From Deltaproteobacteria bacterium (lineage in GTDB: Bacteria; Myxococcota_A; Polyangia; JAAYKL01): a stretch of DNA of 64,000 nucleotides. Every line of letters starts with the position of its first letter. The first letter of the stretch is position 1. The position numbers and the translations under genes were made by a program. The DNA lies in the NCBI GenBank assembly GCA_016937015.1, contig JAFGWT010000062.1, positions 2,609-66,608 on the forward strand, in the 5' to 3' direction. Of the stretch, positions 1 to 10,800 are shown piece by piece. Below the pieces are notes generated by a model, which searched no databases, was not told the DNA's origin, and saw only the letters and a program-made list of their open reading frames with translations.

Positions 1-420
1 GTCCTTGGCGCACGGGTCTATGCCAACACCAATCGGGAAATCGGCTGGTTTGAATTAACCCCTGCGGCTGATTTGCCCTACCCCGAACTGGCACGCGTAT
101 TTTTTGAACCGTTCCCGGTATTTAACTGGCACGGAGACACCTTCGATATTCCGGACGGCGCCAACCGACTGGGGGGAACCCCGGCGTGCGTCAACCAGGG
201 TTTCGTTTTTGAAGGCAATGTGGTAGCGCTTCAGTTCCATCTCGAAACCACCCCCCAATCCGCCAAAGCGCTTGTACAAAACTGCGCGGATGAACTGGAT
301 GGTTCCACCTATGTTCAAAGCGCCGACGAAATACTTGCCCCGACAGACCGCTTCGCACAACTCAACAGCAAAGCAGCGGCCCTAATCGACGCAATGGTCA
401 GTATCGAACAGCAACAGTAA
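1..420 (+). CDS. Class I (GATase1) glutamine amidotransferase domain protein, 5'-truncated by the window edge
   Basis: Frame 1 is open from base 1. Translation '...GWFELT...FNWHGDTFDIPDGANRLGGTPACVNQGFVFEGNVVALQFHLE' matches the C-terminal half of GMP-synthase-like type-1 amidotransferases (conserved H..E pair). Confidence 0.6.
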   Translation, partial: VLGARVYANTNREIGWFELTPAADLPYPELARVFFEPFPVFNWHGDTFDIPDGANRLGGTPACVNQGFVFEGNVVALQFHLETTPQSAKALVQNCADELDGSTYVQSADEILAPTDRFAQLNSKAAALIDAMVSIEQQQ

Positions 421-449
421 TGGTTGGGGCCAGGCGCCTGCGACGTGCC

Positions 450-2144
450 CTACTCCAGTTCGTCTTCTCCAAACACAATCGCTCTGAACGCCTCTATGCG
501 GGTGGCGTCATCCTGCCAGCAATCCATAGGCAGACCGGCTTTGCGGCAAGTGTGAGAAAGGAATTCCTCCCTGTCCCAGCGCCATTCAACCGGCACCTGG
601 GGCAGCAGCAACCCGGAGTACGGCCCCCGGGTGATAATCAGACCATCCCGCCCCACCACCACATCCTCTGCCGCAATTGGCTCAGGTCGCGTCAGAATCG
701 AAATCTCATACGACAAAGTATCCAGCTCGGCGGGTGTCACAGGCGCAAATCGCGTATCCCGTATCGCCGCGGCCCGAGCCACCTCTTCAACGCACTGATA
801 CAACGGCACTCGTGCAATCACATGCCCAATACATCCGCGAAGCTGCCCATTTTTTTTCAGCGTGACAAACGCAGCACCGCTCTGACGCAGCACCTCGGAA
901 TCAGGTACAGGCAGACGTCGATTGTCCCCCATGGCAGCCGCCCGCACCGATGTCTTTGCCATGTCCATCAGCGCCCGCCGAAGTTCAGGGGTATACGGGC
1001 CAAAATCCCCGTGTTGCAACCTATCGCTGCGCAGTCCCTTTTTAACGCTGAACGCCAGTGCGCCGTACCCAACCACCTGACTTTTATCCCCGGCTGTATC
1101 GCCACTGTTCATGTATTTTAATTTCGTTACAGACCGCACATCCGCGTCAAACTGTTCAAACATGCTGGCAAAAGCATACACGGGTTTCACCCCGCACATC
1201 CCCTTGCGGGTCTGACTCGCATGGGGCAGCCATTTGTCAATCTCCCATTTTTCAAGCAGGGACAGACTGAGCGTGTCATACTCTCTCGCCACATCGTATG
1301 GAAAAAAATGAGACAAATCCGAAGAAATGACAAACGCCACATCTTTAAACGCGCCAAACATGTCAAACAATACCGCCCCGGCTTCCGCAAGCAACTTTTC
1401 ATCAGGGGTCGCAACGATCATGGGAATTATTTTCACGTCCGGCAGTGCCACCTGAATAAATGGCAACTGCACCTCCAGCGAATGCTCCTGCTCGAACATA
1501 TTTGAGTCAGCGGCAAAGATGCCGGGGTATTCCCGTGCCAGCCGGCGCACCGATGCACCATCTATGGGCAACGCACCAAGCGGGGTCTGATAGGCATCTC
1601 TGTCAAGAAGACTGATGGTGCGGGACATCCGCCGGTGACTCAGCGCCATAACCACCACACTGGTGTACTGCTGCGCATGGGCCGCCAATGCGGCGTACGC
1701 ATATCCGGCAACGGGGCCGGAATACACATAGCCGGCGTGGGGACTCAACACACCAACAACATCCCTGTCCGCCAGTTGCGCAACCACATCGGCGCCATCG
1801 TCCCGCGCATCGTTAATAAACTGGGTTATCTGAATTCCAAGCGCATCCGGGTCACCGGCGTAAAACTGCCCTGCCACCTGTGCGGTAAAGTTATCTTCCA
1901 TATGTTCACTTTCCCTGATTGGCTTTTCAGCCGGTATCGCGCCTTCTGCAGGCGGTCGCGTTACGTCACGCGCATCGGGGTCCTTCCGACTGCCACATGA
2001 CGAGCACCCAGCAAACATTAATCCCCAAACAAGAACAGGCAACAACAAAGAGACTGTTTTTCCAGTGAATGCGTGTTGCGATTCAGATGACTGTTCTTTT
2101 TTTTCGTTGACCATTGTTAATACTATAGTCCCCCCCACATGCAT
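450..2144 (-). CDS. Fusion of AmmeMemoRadiSam system protein B (MEMO1-like) and protein A (AMMECR1 domain), with an N-terminal lipoprotein-type signal
   Basis: N-terminal part carries the Memo-family motif 'LSPHAGYVYSG'; C-terminal part carries the AMMECR1 motif 'LRGCIGHV'. N-terminus 'LLLPVLVWGLMFAGCSS' looks like a lipobox signal peptide. An alternative start is the Met at about 2114. Confidence 0.75.
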   Translation of the reverse strand: MHVGGTIVLTMVNEKKEQSSESQHAFTGKTVSLLLPVLVWGLMFAGCSSCGSRKDPDARDVTRPPAEGAIPAEKPIRESEHMEDNFTAQVAGQFYAGDPDALGIQITQFINDARDDGADVVAQLADRDVVGVLSPHAGYVYSGPVAGYAYAALAAHAQQYTSVVVMALSHRRMSRTISLLDRDAYQTPLGALPIDGASVRRLAREYPGIFAADSNMFEQEHSLEVQLPFIQVALPDVKIIPMIVATPDEKLLAEAGAVLFDMFGAFKDVAFVISSDLSHFFPYDVAREYDTLSLSLLEKWEIDKWLPHASQTRKGMCGVKPVYAFASMFEQFDADVRSVTKLKYMNSGDTAGDKSQVVGYGALAFSVKKGLRSDRLQHGDFGPYTPELRRALMDMAKTSVRAAAMGDNRRLPVPDSEVLRQSGAAFVTLKKNGQLRGCIGHVIARVPLYQCVEEVARAAAIRDTRFAPVTPAELDTLSYEISILTRPEPIAAEDVVVGRDGLIITRGPYSGLLLPQVPVEWRWDREEFLSHTCRKAGLPMDCWQDDATRIEAFRAIVFGEDELE

Positions 2145-2185
2145 ATGCTAAACTGGCATCCCATTTTGGCCAGAAGAAGAGAAGT

Positions 2186-4081
2186 ATGCAACAAAATCCG
2201 AGTATTATCATGAATTTGGACGGAATCGTCAATTCGGCAACTGATGTTGCCTGTGTCATTGCCGGTCTGTCCAGGGAAGCACTGGTGGGCCGTTCATTGC
2301 GGGATCATCTGCTATCGCAGCATCAGGAACGATTCGATGCGGAGATTGAAGCCTTTCGCGCCGGTGAACAGACGCGAAGCATTTTAAAAACAACCCTTCT
2401 TGGAATCGATGACGTCGCCCGTTCCGTAAATCTGGCAATGAGTGCCGAAGACGGCAAACAAATCTCTGTTGAAATATCCTCGGATCTTTCCAGTCCGATG
2501 TCATATACCAACATCGCATCCATCGCAGATGCCGCACGCCTCCTTCCTGTGGCCCGCCGGATTGCCTCTGTCTGCCGCAAAGCGGCCACCAAGCAGGCGC
2601 TCCTGTCAGAAACAATGGTTGTCATGTCCGAAATAACCAACGCGCTGTGTTCCGCCGCCATCGAATGGGGTGGCGCGGTTTCCGACTGGCCGGTTGCGGC
2701 CACCACCGGCGGTTTTGACAAAGAATTTTTAAAAGGCGTATTCCGTTCATCCGTCATCGGAAGACTGGCCCGAGGCGACGTAATTGTTAAAGACGTCTTA
2801 CAGGATGGCACCCAGTCCAATTACTCCCTGATTTTAATCCCCCTCATGGCCTCACACACGCCAGAGGGCATTTTCATACTTTATGTGCAGGGTCACTCTG
2901 TCATGGCGCCGCGCGAACTTCAGAGTCTGGGGCTGCTGGGCGAAATCATCGGGCTTGGGATACGCTCGCTGTCGGTCTCCGATGAAACCATCGAAGACTC
3001 GCAGACACGGGCGGCGGATGCTGAAGCAACCATCGCACTTGGCAGACTCTCCGCCGGTCTGGCCCACGAAATCAACAATGCCGTCACCGTGCTTCGCAAC
3101 AACACCGAACAGATCTCCGCCAACATGGGGCATTTCACCCAGCCTGCGGATAAGGAGCTGATAATCAAAGACTCCATACGTGCGGTTGAAGTGATTCGGG
3201 ATCTCACCGATGCGCTCCGTTCCTTTGCTCCTGAAGAAACACGGGAAACCGAAACGGCAGACCTGCTGCGCATTGTTGAGATGGTGGTTGCATCCGTCCG
3301 ATTCTACGCCAAGCGCGGCATCAATGTAAATGTCAGTACCGTCAACGATGAGCCACTTCAGGTCAAATGTCGCAGTCACTTTCTCATTCGCTCTTTGTTT
3401 CTGATTTTTGTTGAACTGGTGGAGTCTGCACTGGCATCCGGGCGGGTATTAATGGTCAGCATCAATCTGTTGCCCCAGAAGCGAAAAATAGACCTCACCA
3501 TCGCGGTGTCCGCCGGCCCATTCAACGTTCCAACCGTATTACTCAGCCAGCTCGAAAAGGATGGAGCGCTGGCCCGCCTTGTAAGCCGTGCCGGCGCGGG
3601 GCTGGCATACGAAGTGAATGAGGAGAACCTTTCGCTGACCCTCTCATTACCTGTGGCCAAGGCGGTCCCTACCCGCATGCCCGCCGCCCCCGGTGGACCC
3701 AGACCGGATCGACGGGGCACTATCCTGATTGTCGATGATGAACCCGCCATCATTCGTTCGACCCGGCGAATTCTCGAAAAAGAGCACGATATTCTGGCAG
3801 CAGGCACAGCCGAAGAAGCGCTGGATATTATGCGCGCCAATCAGAATATCGATATGTTGCTGCTCGACGTGTTCATGCCTGGCATGTCCGGGCTGGAGCT
3901 GGCCGAAAGCCTGAAGCGAATGTCGTCGCCGCTCGCCCAGCGGATTATCTTTATGACCGGTGGCGCCTCCAATATGGAAATTTCGAGATTTCTCAACGAA
4001 AGCAATGCGCCGGTCCTCGAAAAGCCCCTGGACATTCAATTGTTAAATGCACTGATTTCCGATATGATATCTCTTTATTGA
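2186..4081 (+). CDS. Cytoplasmic hybrid sensor histidine kinase with C-terminal receiver domain
   Basis: HisKA H-box 'LSAGLAHEINNAVTVL', an HATPase region, then a receiver domain ('ILIVDDEPAII...LLLDVFMPGMSGLEL'). No transmembrane segment is evident. Confidence 0.8.
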   Translation: MQQNPSIIMNLDGIVNSATDVACVIAGLSREALVGRSLRDHLLSQHQERFDAEIEAFRAGEQTRSILKTTLLGIDDVARSVNLAMSAEDGKQISVEISSDLSSPMSYTNIASIADAARLLPVARRIASVCRKAATKQALLSETMVVMSEITNALCSAAIEWGGAVSDWPVAATTGGFDKEFLKGVFRSSVIGRLARGDVIVKDVLQDGTQSNYSLILIPLMASHTPEGIFILYVQGHSVMAPRELQSLGLLGEIIGLGIRSLSVSDETIEDSQTRAADAEATIALGRLSAGLAHEINNAVTVLRNNTEQISANMGHFTQPADKELIIKDSIRAVEVIRDLTDALRSFAPEETRETETADLLRIVEMVVASVRFYAKRGINVNVSTVNDEPLQVKCRSHFLIRSLFLIFVELVESALASGRVLMVSINLLPQKRKIDLTIAVSAGPFNVPTVLLSQLEKDGALARLVSRAGAGLAYEVNEENLSLTLSLPVAKAVPTRMPAAPGGPRPDRRGTILIVDDEPAIIRSTRRILEKEHDILAAGTAEEALDIMRANQNIDMLLLDVFMPGMSGLELAESLKRMSSPLAQRIIFMTGGASNMEISRFLNESNAPVLEKPLDIQLLNALISDMISLY

Positions 4082-4112
4082 GCCGACACTTCCAGATGCT
4101 GAATCTGAACTT

Positions 4113-4763
4113 TCAAAACCGTTCCTTTATGACATCAAGTGCCCCTTTGAGGCTGTATACCTGACCATCAATTATGTAGGTAGGCGTCGCCGATACGCCC
4201 GCGGCTTTGGTTTCTTCGTAAATTTTCTGCGCCTTATCGGCCATTGATTCAGAATCGTAGCATTCAGAAAATGCTTTGGATGGAATGCCATTCTGTTTCA
4301 CCATCCGCTGAATGTAGCTGGGCGGGTCCAGTTTAAGCTCATGGATGGGTTCGGCCATAACGCTGTCGTTCCACTTCCAGTAAGGCACATGTTTGGCAGC
4401 GCACCCCGCGGCTCGCACCAGCGGGCACATCATCGTCAGATCATTGCCTGTTCGAATAGCGCACATTGATCTCGCATAGTCATGACGAACCAGTCTGATT
4501 TCATCGAGGTGTCTCGCTATTGCACTGCGAAGCACTTTATGTGCACCAGGGCAATGGGGACAGTAAAAGTCAAGATACTCATGAATGACCATTTTGGGAT
4601 TTTTAGCGCCAATCCAGGGGTACCCATTTTCATCCACTCCCGTTGCAGCCGAATCCGCATTGGCCTGCCAGTCCGGTGCGGACCAGTAAAACAGCCAGGA
4701 ACCGCCGGCAGATACCGCAAACAGCAACAATAGCGCACCACCGTACAGAATTTTATTTTTCAC
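4113..4763 (-). CDS. DsbA-family thiol:disulfide oxidoreductase (thioredoxin fold), exported
   Basis: N-terminal signal/TM segment and CxxC active site 'FYCPHCPGAH'; length typical of DsbA-like proteins. Confidence 0.7.
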   Translation of the reverse strand: MKNKILYGGALLLLFAVSAGGSWLFYWSAPDWQANADSAATGVDENGYPWIGAKNPKMVIHEYLDFYCPHCPGAHKVLRSAIARHLDEIRLVRHDYARSMCAIRTGNDLTMMCPLVRAAGCAAKHVPYWKWNDSVMAEPIHELKLDPPSYIQRMVKQNGIPSKAFSECYDSESMADKAQKIYEETKAAGVSATPTYIIDGQVYSLKGALDVIKERF

Positions 4764-4970
4764 AATTTACCTCCGCTTCACATCACGCCAGCCTCGGTTG
4801 AGCGAGGACTGCAATAAAACTTGTCACATGGGCTACTTATTCCAGAGTTTATATTGTAATCAAGTATTTATGTTTTTCTTTACTTGACGAACACCTCATT
4901 CCCTGCATATGGTTCCGGCGAAAATCGATGTCATCATCCATAGGTCGACTTGACCAAAGTTTGAAAATAC

Positions 4971-6164
4971 ATGAATCAAAATCAAATACTTTCTCTTAAA
5001 GATCTGGAAGTCGAAGCCAGGCGCGTTCTCGTCCGAATTAACATGGACGTCCCCATTGAAGACTCAAAAATCCTTGACGATACACTGCTTAAAGCCGCCA
5101 TGCCCACCGTTAATTATCTCATCGAAAACGGTGCACGGGTGGTTCTGGCCGGGCACTTGGGCCCGCCGGTCGGCAGGGTTGAACCGTCGATGTCACTCGA
5201 ACCCGTTGCAGCGTGGTTTGCGGCACAGCCACATATCGGCGAAGTCTACCTGACCGACTCATGCGTTGGCGACGCCGCCAAAAGCATTATCGCCGGGCTG
5301 CGCGAAAGCCAGGTGTGCATTCTCGAAAATCTCGGATTTCACGCCGGCGAATTCACCAACGACGAAAAGCTCTCCCGCCAACTGGCCTCTTACTGCGATA
5401 TTTATGTTAACGAGGCGTTTTCGCTGAGCGAAAGCGTTCTTTCCTCGACCAACGGCATACTCAAACACGCCAGAATAAAAGTGATGGGGATTCAATACGC
5501 CCGTGAACTGCGTGCGCTGCGCAGGTTTCTGGACAAACCGGAGCGCCCGGTGGTTGCCATTGTGGGAGGGGATCGCATTGCAGATAATCTGGAATTTATC
5601 GAGAGCCTGATTCCCAGAATCGACGCGCTTGTCATTGGCGGTCAAATGGCAAACACATTCACCGCGGCCACAGGCGGCAGTACAGGAAAAGCAGTTGTCG
5701 AGGAAAAACGATTGCCTCTTGCCCGTGACATTATTGATCGGACGGCACGCAAAAACATAAATCTGGTGTTGCCCCATGATGTTCGCGCCGGCGATTCGCC
5801 CTCAGATCTTAAGGAATTCATGTCAGGCCAGGTGCCGGGCAATCTCGAAATATTTGACATTGGCAGCCGCACCATCGATGGCTGGAAACAAATCATCCGC
5901 AAAGCGGGCACTGTCATCTGGAAAGGCCATCTTGGCATGGATGCCTCCTGCGGCGATGGTACCCAGGCCGTCGCGCGTGCCATTTCAGGGGCTTCCGCCT
6001 TTTCGCTCTCAGTTGGCGCTGACAGTGCCAACGTCATCCGTCAGCTTGGTCTCGAAAAAGGATTCGATCATGTATCGGACGGCGGAGACACCACCATTCG
6101 AATGCTCGAGGGAAAAACACTGCCCACGCTCGTGGCAACGGGAAATGCGCAGTCAAAAAAATAA
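4971..6164 (+). CDS. pgk: Phosphoglycerate kinase
   Basis: 397 aa. 'LKDLEVEARRVLVRINMDVP' N-terminus and full-length PGK architecture. Conserved pgk-tpiA-secG gene order. Confidence 0.95.
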   Translation: MNQNQILSLKDLEVEARRVLVRINMDVPIEDSKILDDTLLKAAMPTVNYLIENGARVVLAGHLGPPVGRVEPSMSLEPVAAWFAAQPHIGEVYLTDSCVGDAAKSIIAGLRESQVCILENLGFHAGEFTNDEKLSRQLASYCDIYVNEAFSLSESVLSSTNGILKHARIKVMGIQYARELRALRRFLDKPERPVVAIVGGDRIADNLEFIESLIPRIDALVIGGQMANTFTAATGGSTGKAVVEEKRLPLARDIIDRTARKNINLVLPHDVRAGDSPSDLKEFMSGQVPGNLEIFDIGSRTIDGWKQIIRKAGTVIWKGHLGMDASCGDGTQAVARAISGASAFSLSVGADSANVIRQLGLEKGFDHVSDGGDTTIRMLEGKTLPTLVATGNAQSKK

Positions 6165-6237
6165 GGAAACCAAAAAACTCCAGCTCCCTTTCTGGGAAAC
6201 ACGCCTTTAAGGGACTTTCACAAATGAGGTATGAATT

Positions 6238-6990
6238 ATGCGTAAAGCCTTCGTAGCAGGAAACTGGAAAATGAATTGTACAATCGCAGAAGCAGTGGAA
6301 CTGGCAAAGGCTGTTGTTGCCGGTCTCCCCGCTGATGCCAACGCCGATGTGGCTGTTGTCCCTCAATTCCTCGCCATTGGCGCCGTAAAGGAAGTGGTTG
6401 CAGGAACCCCGGTTCGTCTGGGTGCACAGGATGTGTACTTTGAGAAAAACGGCGCCTTCACCGGCGAAATTTCCACTGCCATGCTCAAAGATGCAGGCGT
6501 TGAATTTGCACTGGTCGGTCACTCCGAGCGTCGACATGTTATCGGCGAAACAGACGAAATTATTCGTAAAAAACTCGATGCACTTCTGGCCGAAGGCCTG
6601 GAGGTGATTCTCTGCGTGGGTGAAAAGCTCGAAGAGCGCGAAGCCAACCAAACCGAAAAAGTGCTCGAAGAACAGACCGTTGCCGGTATCAAGGGCCTGA
6701 CCAAAGAAGAGCTCGCCAAAGTGACCATCGCTTACGAGCCGGTATGGGCTATCGGAACCGGAAAGGTGGCCACCACCGAGCAGGCGCAGTCCGCTCACAA
6801 ATTCATTCGAGAACTGGTTGCCAAACTGTTTGATCAGGAAGCGGCGGACGCGGTCAGAATTCAGTACGGTGGCAGCGTCAAACCCGACAATGCGAAAGAT
6901 CTGCTGGCACAGCCTGACGTGGACGGCGCACTGGTTGGCGGCGCAGCACTGAAAGCCGATTCATTCCTTGGAATTATCGCCGGCGCTTAA
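6238..6990 (+). CDS. tpiA: Triosephosphate isomerase
   Basis: 250 aa. Canonical 'AGNWKMN' N-terminus, 'GHSERR' catalytic His, and 'YEPVWAIGTG' loop. Confidence 0.95.
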   Translation: MRKAFVAGNWKMNCTIAEAVELAKAVVAGLPADANADVAVVPQFLAIGAVKEVVAGTPVRLGAQDVYFEKNGAFTGEISTAMLKDAGVEFALVGHSERRHVIGETDEIIRKKLDALLAEGLEVILCVGEKLEEREANQTEKVLEEQTVAGIKGLTKEELAKVTIAYEPVWAIGTGKVATTEQAQSAHKFIRELVAKLFDQEAADAVRIQYGGSVKPDNAKDLLAQPDVDGALVGGAALKADSFLGIIAGA

Positions 6991-7096
6991 GTAAATTCTT
7001 CCCCGAAATCGCCCTTTATTCATTCCCGAATGGGAGTTGCACATTTATGCAACTACTTCTTGACAATGATATTTATCCAGATGTAGAAGACCCGTC

Positions 7097-7816
7097 ATGA
7101 TTTATTTACTCACAACTTTACATATCATTTTCTGTTTGTTTCTGATTCTGGTCATCCTGCTTCAGACAGGCAAAGGTGGCGGAATGGGAGTTGCATTTGG
7201 CGGTAGTGGCTCAAGTGTTTTTGGTCCCAGAGGCGCTGGTTCATTTATTGGCCGACTCACGGCGGTGGTGGCACTGCTGTTCATGCTTTCGTCCATCGTT
7301 CTGGCCTATAACTCATCGTCCAAATCATCCGGTCTGGAAAAAAAGGCGAGTCTGATGGAATCGGACGCTTCCGGCGAAAAAGTCGACATCGAGAAAGAAT
7401 TCGGTTCGTCCAGGCCCGCCGCCAAAGAATCCGCTCCTGTCGCAGATGTTGAAGAAGCAATAGACACCAGCGCTGATGCGTCCGGCACAGACAGCACAGA
7501 AGCCGATGATGCGTCAGCGGACAGTGCATCCGATGCAGACGACTCTGCGGACGAAGACACAGTGGTAAACGCAGCAACTGAAGAAGGTGCCCCAACCTCG
7601 GCCGCAGACAGTGCGCCCGCAGAGGCGGCGCCTGCAGCAACGAAACCTGTAGCCGTTAAAGTTAAAAGACCGGCCCCCGCAGCGGCGCCGGCACCTGCCG
7701 CAGAAGCAGCTGCTCCCGCTCCCGTTGCTGCGCCAGCCGCGCCCGCGCCCGCATCTCCTGCAGTGGCGCCAGCCGCACCGGCGGCAGCACCGGCCCCCGC
7801 AGCAGACGCTGAATAG
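7097..7816 (+). CDS. secG: Preprotein translocase subunit SecG with an unusually long acidic and Ala/Pro-rich C-terminal extension
   Basis: N-terminal ~75 aa match SecG ('ILVILLQTGKGGGMG..FGGSGSSVFG', second TM). Residues ~90-239 are low complexity (D/S/A-rich, then (PAAA)n). Position after tpiA is conserved. Confidence 0.75.
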   Translation: MIYLLTTLHIIFCLFLILVILLQTGKGGGMGVAFGGSGSSVFGPRGAGSFIGRLTAVVALLFMLSSIVLAYNSSSKSSGLEKKASLMESDASGEKVDIEKEFGSSRPAAKESAPVADVEEAIDTSADASGTDSTEADDASADSASDADDSADEDTVVNAATEEGAPTSAADSAPAEAAPAATKPVAVKVKRPAPAAAPAPAAEAAAPAPVAAPAAPAPASPAVAPAAPAAAPAPAADAE

Positions 7817-7868
7817 TTTTTCTTCCCCAAAACTGACGCCCCGACTTCGTCTCCAAAAACTTTTTAAA

Positions 7869-10800
7869 TCACAGCTCCAGACGCGCCATCATCTTTTGCA
7901 ATCCAAACCGTGAAATGCCAAGCAGTTCAGATGCGCGACTCCGATTGCCACCACTTTTATTCAATGCCGCACGAATGAGCTGAATCTTCAGCCGGTTCAC
8001 ATGCCCTTCAAGGTTTAAATCGGTAGCGTCTTCCATTACCGGAATGGAAAACTCCCGCAGTGCCTCGCTGAAATGGGATACATCCATAATGTCGCCACAC
8101 ATGACCGTGGCACGCACGATTTCATTTTCAAGCTGCCGCACGTTCCCCGGCCATCGATAATGCATCAGATGCGCCATTGCCTCCCTCGAAATCTCTATCT
8201 GCCGACTCGGTGCATGCTTCTTCAGAAACCCACGCACCAGCATTGGAATATCAATGCTGCGCTCCCGCAGTGGCGGCAGTCGCAGTTCCATCACATGCAA
8301 ACGATAATACAGATCCTCCCTGAAAGTCCCCTTTCTCACGCACTCCTTCAGGTCCGCGTTTGATGCCACCAGAATACGAACATCCACTTTAATCGAATTG
8401 TTCTGCCCCACAGGACGGACCTTGCCGTCCTGAAGCACCCGAAGCAATTTGGACTGCATTTCGATGGGCATGTCCGCGATTTCATCCAGAAACAGCGTTC
8501 CGCCGTGTGCTTCAGCAAAAAGGCCACTGCGGTTTCGAACCGCTCCCGTGAACGCCCCCCGCACGTGACCGAACAATACGCTTTCAAGCAGCGGCGCCGG
8601 AATTGCCGCACAGTTTTCAGCAATAAACGGCTTATCTCGACGCCCCCCCGCCTGATGAATCGCCCGGGCTGCCAGCTCTTTTCCGGTACCCGATTCGCCA
8701 CTGATCACCACCGGAATATCGGTGGCGGCGACCCTGTCCAGTAATCGAAAAATTTCCATCATCGGCCTGGATGCACCAATGATACCGTGATAGTCATACT
8801 GCGCCGCGAACTCCCCGTTCACTTCCCTTAAATTCTGTCGCGTCGCCGCCAGCTCCCTTTCGGTAATCTCCAAACGGGATTCCAGTTTACGGTTAAGCGA
8901 TTCTATCTGCACATGGTTCTTCTGCACATGGGCCAGCAGCCTCGCATTTGTAAGCGCGACAGCAGCCTGATGCGCCAGCATTTTCAGCAATGCCACCCGT
9001 TCGCCGTCGAACTGCCCACGGGTGGTGCTATCGAGATAAATCGTTCCCCGGGCTTCGCCTTTCACCAGCAACGGCACCGCAACGATATACATCAGATTGA
9101 GCAGGGCCACGCTGCGATAATCGCGATACTGTTCATCTTCCTGTGCATTGGTTGTTACGATTGGCTCTCCCTGTTCGAAGGCCCGACGGGCGACCGAACC
9201 GGAGTAATTCTGTTCCTTTGCAAGTATGGCCTCACTGTCCAGATTTCTGGCCGAGCGGACTGAAAAGCTGCCATCGTCCTCCCGCAACAGCAGAAACCCA
9301 CGCTCCGCACCTGTCACGTCGATTGCAGTATCCATGATAATGTCCAGCTGCGCATCCACATTCAGCTCAGAATTGAGCCTCGCTGCTATTCTTATCAAGC
9401 GCTCCATCCATATCTGTTTCATGCTGTTTTCCTCTGCTGTTAATTCCGTCCGGGCCAGCCGGGCATCTGTCTGGGTTCGCATATTCAATAACTGAACTTC
9501 GTACGGATAACTGTCTGGCTGATGAACTGCGGGCGTTTGCCTTCGAATTTCATCAAGCAATTCCAGAGCACGCACACTCCAAAAATAGCACCGGTCCACA
9601 TTGCCCAGTCGAAGAGCGCCAATCGCCGCAATGGCCATCGCCTGATAGGATTCAAGACTGAACAGCTGCGTCGCTTCGGACAACGCCCCATCAAGATCCA
9701 TCACACTGGACGACACAGCGCCCCGCCCCCTGAGCGCAAACATCACCCGAAGTGCCAGCCAGGCGTGACTCTCAAACACAATGTCACTCTCAATTTTCGA
9801 AAACTGTGAATAGGCGTCGTCAATTCGCTCCATGTGCATCACGGAATCCGCCAGGTGAAGCAATGCAAAATCGCGCTGCACCAGTTGCTTTCTTCTGTCA
9901 AAAATAGCCACCGCACGAGCAAGCGCTTCCGCTGCATCAGCATACTGCCCTGTTGCCAGCAATGACTCCCCCAACACCGTCAGCGCATGTCCAAATACCA
10001 GGGGATTTTCGTTTTCATTCATATCTCCAACTGCTTTTCGCGCCGCCCAAAGTGCGTCTCGCCCATCTCCCAGTCGCAGCAGCAACTGCGCGTAGTTGGA
10101 TTCCGCCTGCACCAATTCCACTGGACGCCCCACAAGACGCAGTCGATTCATGCCATTGCGGTAGCGTATCAATGCATTTTGCACGTCGCCCAGTTCGGTC
10201 AGCGCCGCAGCCCAGTTGACCACATACGTCGCCGCGCCATGACTGTCGCCGGATTCATCAGCGAACCGAAATGCGGTCTCATAGCGTTGTGCCGCTGCTG
10301 CCCAGTCTTTTTGCACATGAGATACCATCCCCAGATATGCATGGTACCGTCCCGCCTCAATGGGACTGCCGTGACTGACGGTACTTAGACCTTTATTGAA
10401 GATATCCTGCGCCCCTGCAACATCACCGGTGTGCAACATCAGCAACCCTCTGATATTGAACATCCCGCTCTGATGGGCCAGTTGGTCGCTTAACGATTCG
10501 CCCGCAACCAACGCCAGTCCTTTTAAAGGATCTCCTCTGTCCAGATAAATTCGAGCCAGCAACGCTTTGGCCGACGCGCGAACAAGCGGTTCAGGTGAGG
10601 TCTGCAGGCCGGTAAGTATCTCATGCGCCTCGTCCACGCGTCCATCGAGACGCAGCGAGGCCGCCTTTTCAAACAGCGCCTCACCGCTATCGTCGGCGTC
10701 GAGTACTTCGGCCACCAGGTGCAGCGCCTTTTGATACCGTCCGGATCGCCGATAGCACACTGCCAGCTGCAATCGCAGCGCATCCGTCCCAGCCCCATCA

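Noticed and set aside
420-1121. 233-aa plus-strand ORF
   Set aside because: It lies fully antisense to the well-supported Memo/AMMECR1 gene. It is Arg/Pro/His-rich low complexity typical of GC-rich shadow frames.
2256-3840. Several minus-strand ORFs (119-175 aa) inside the hybrid histidine kinase gene
   Set aside because: These are antisense shadow ORFs with no domain signatures. The plus-strand kinase has clear HisKA/receiver motifs.
4764-4970. Sigma-70-like promoter (TTGACG ... TATGGT) upstream of pgk
   Set aside because: The match to the -10 consensus is weak and the spacing is ambiguous. Not reported as a feature.
7035-7054. 7-bp stem inverted repeat AGTTGCA-cattta-TGCAACT after tpiA, considered as an intrinsic terminator
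   Set aside because: It is not followed by a U-rich tract and sits ~40 bp before secG, which is normally co-transcribed. More likely an operator or insignificant. Left unannotated.
7306-7830. 174-aa Ala/Gly-rich minus-strand ORF
   Set aside because: It is the reverse complement of the GC-rich (PAAA)n-coding tail of secG, a low-complexity artefact.
7817-7868. Possible bidirectional terminator between the convergent secG and kinase-EBP genes
   Set aside because: No convincing GC-rich hairpin plus T-tract could be traced by eye. Would need RNA folding.
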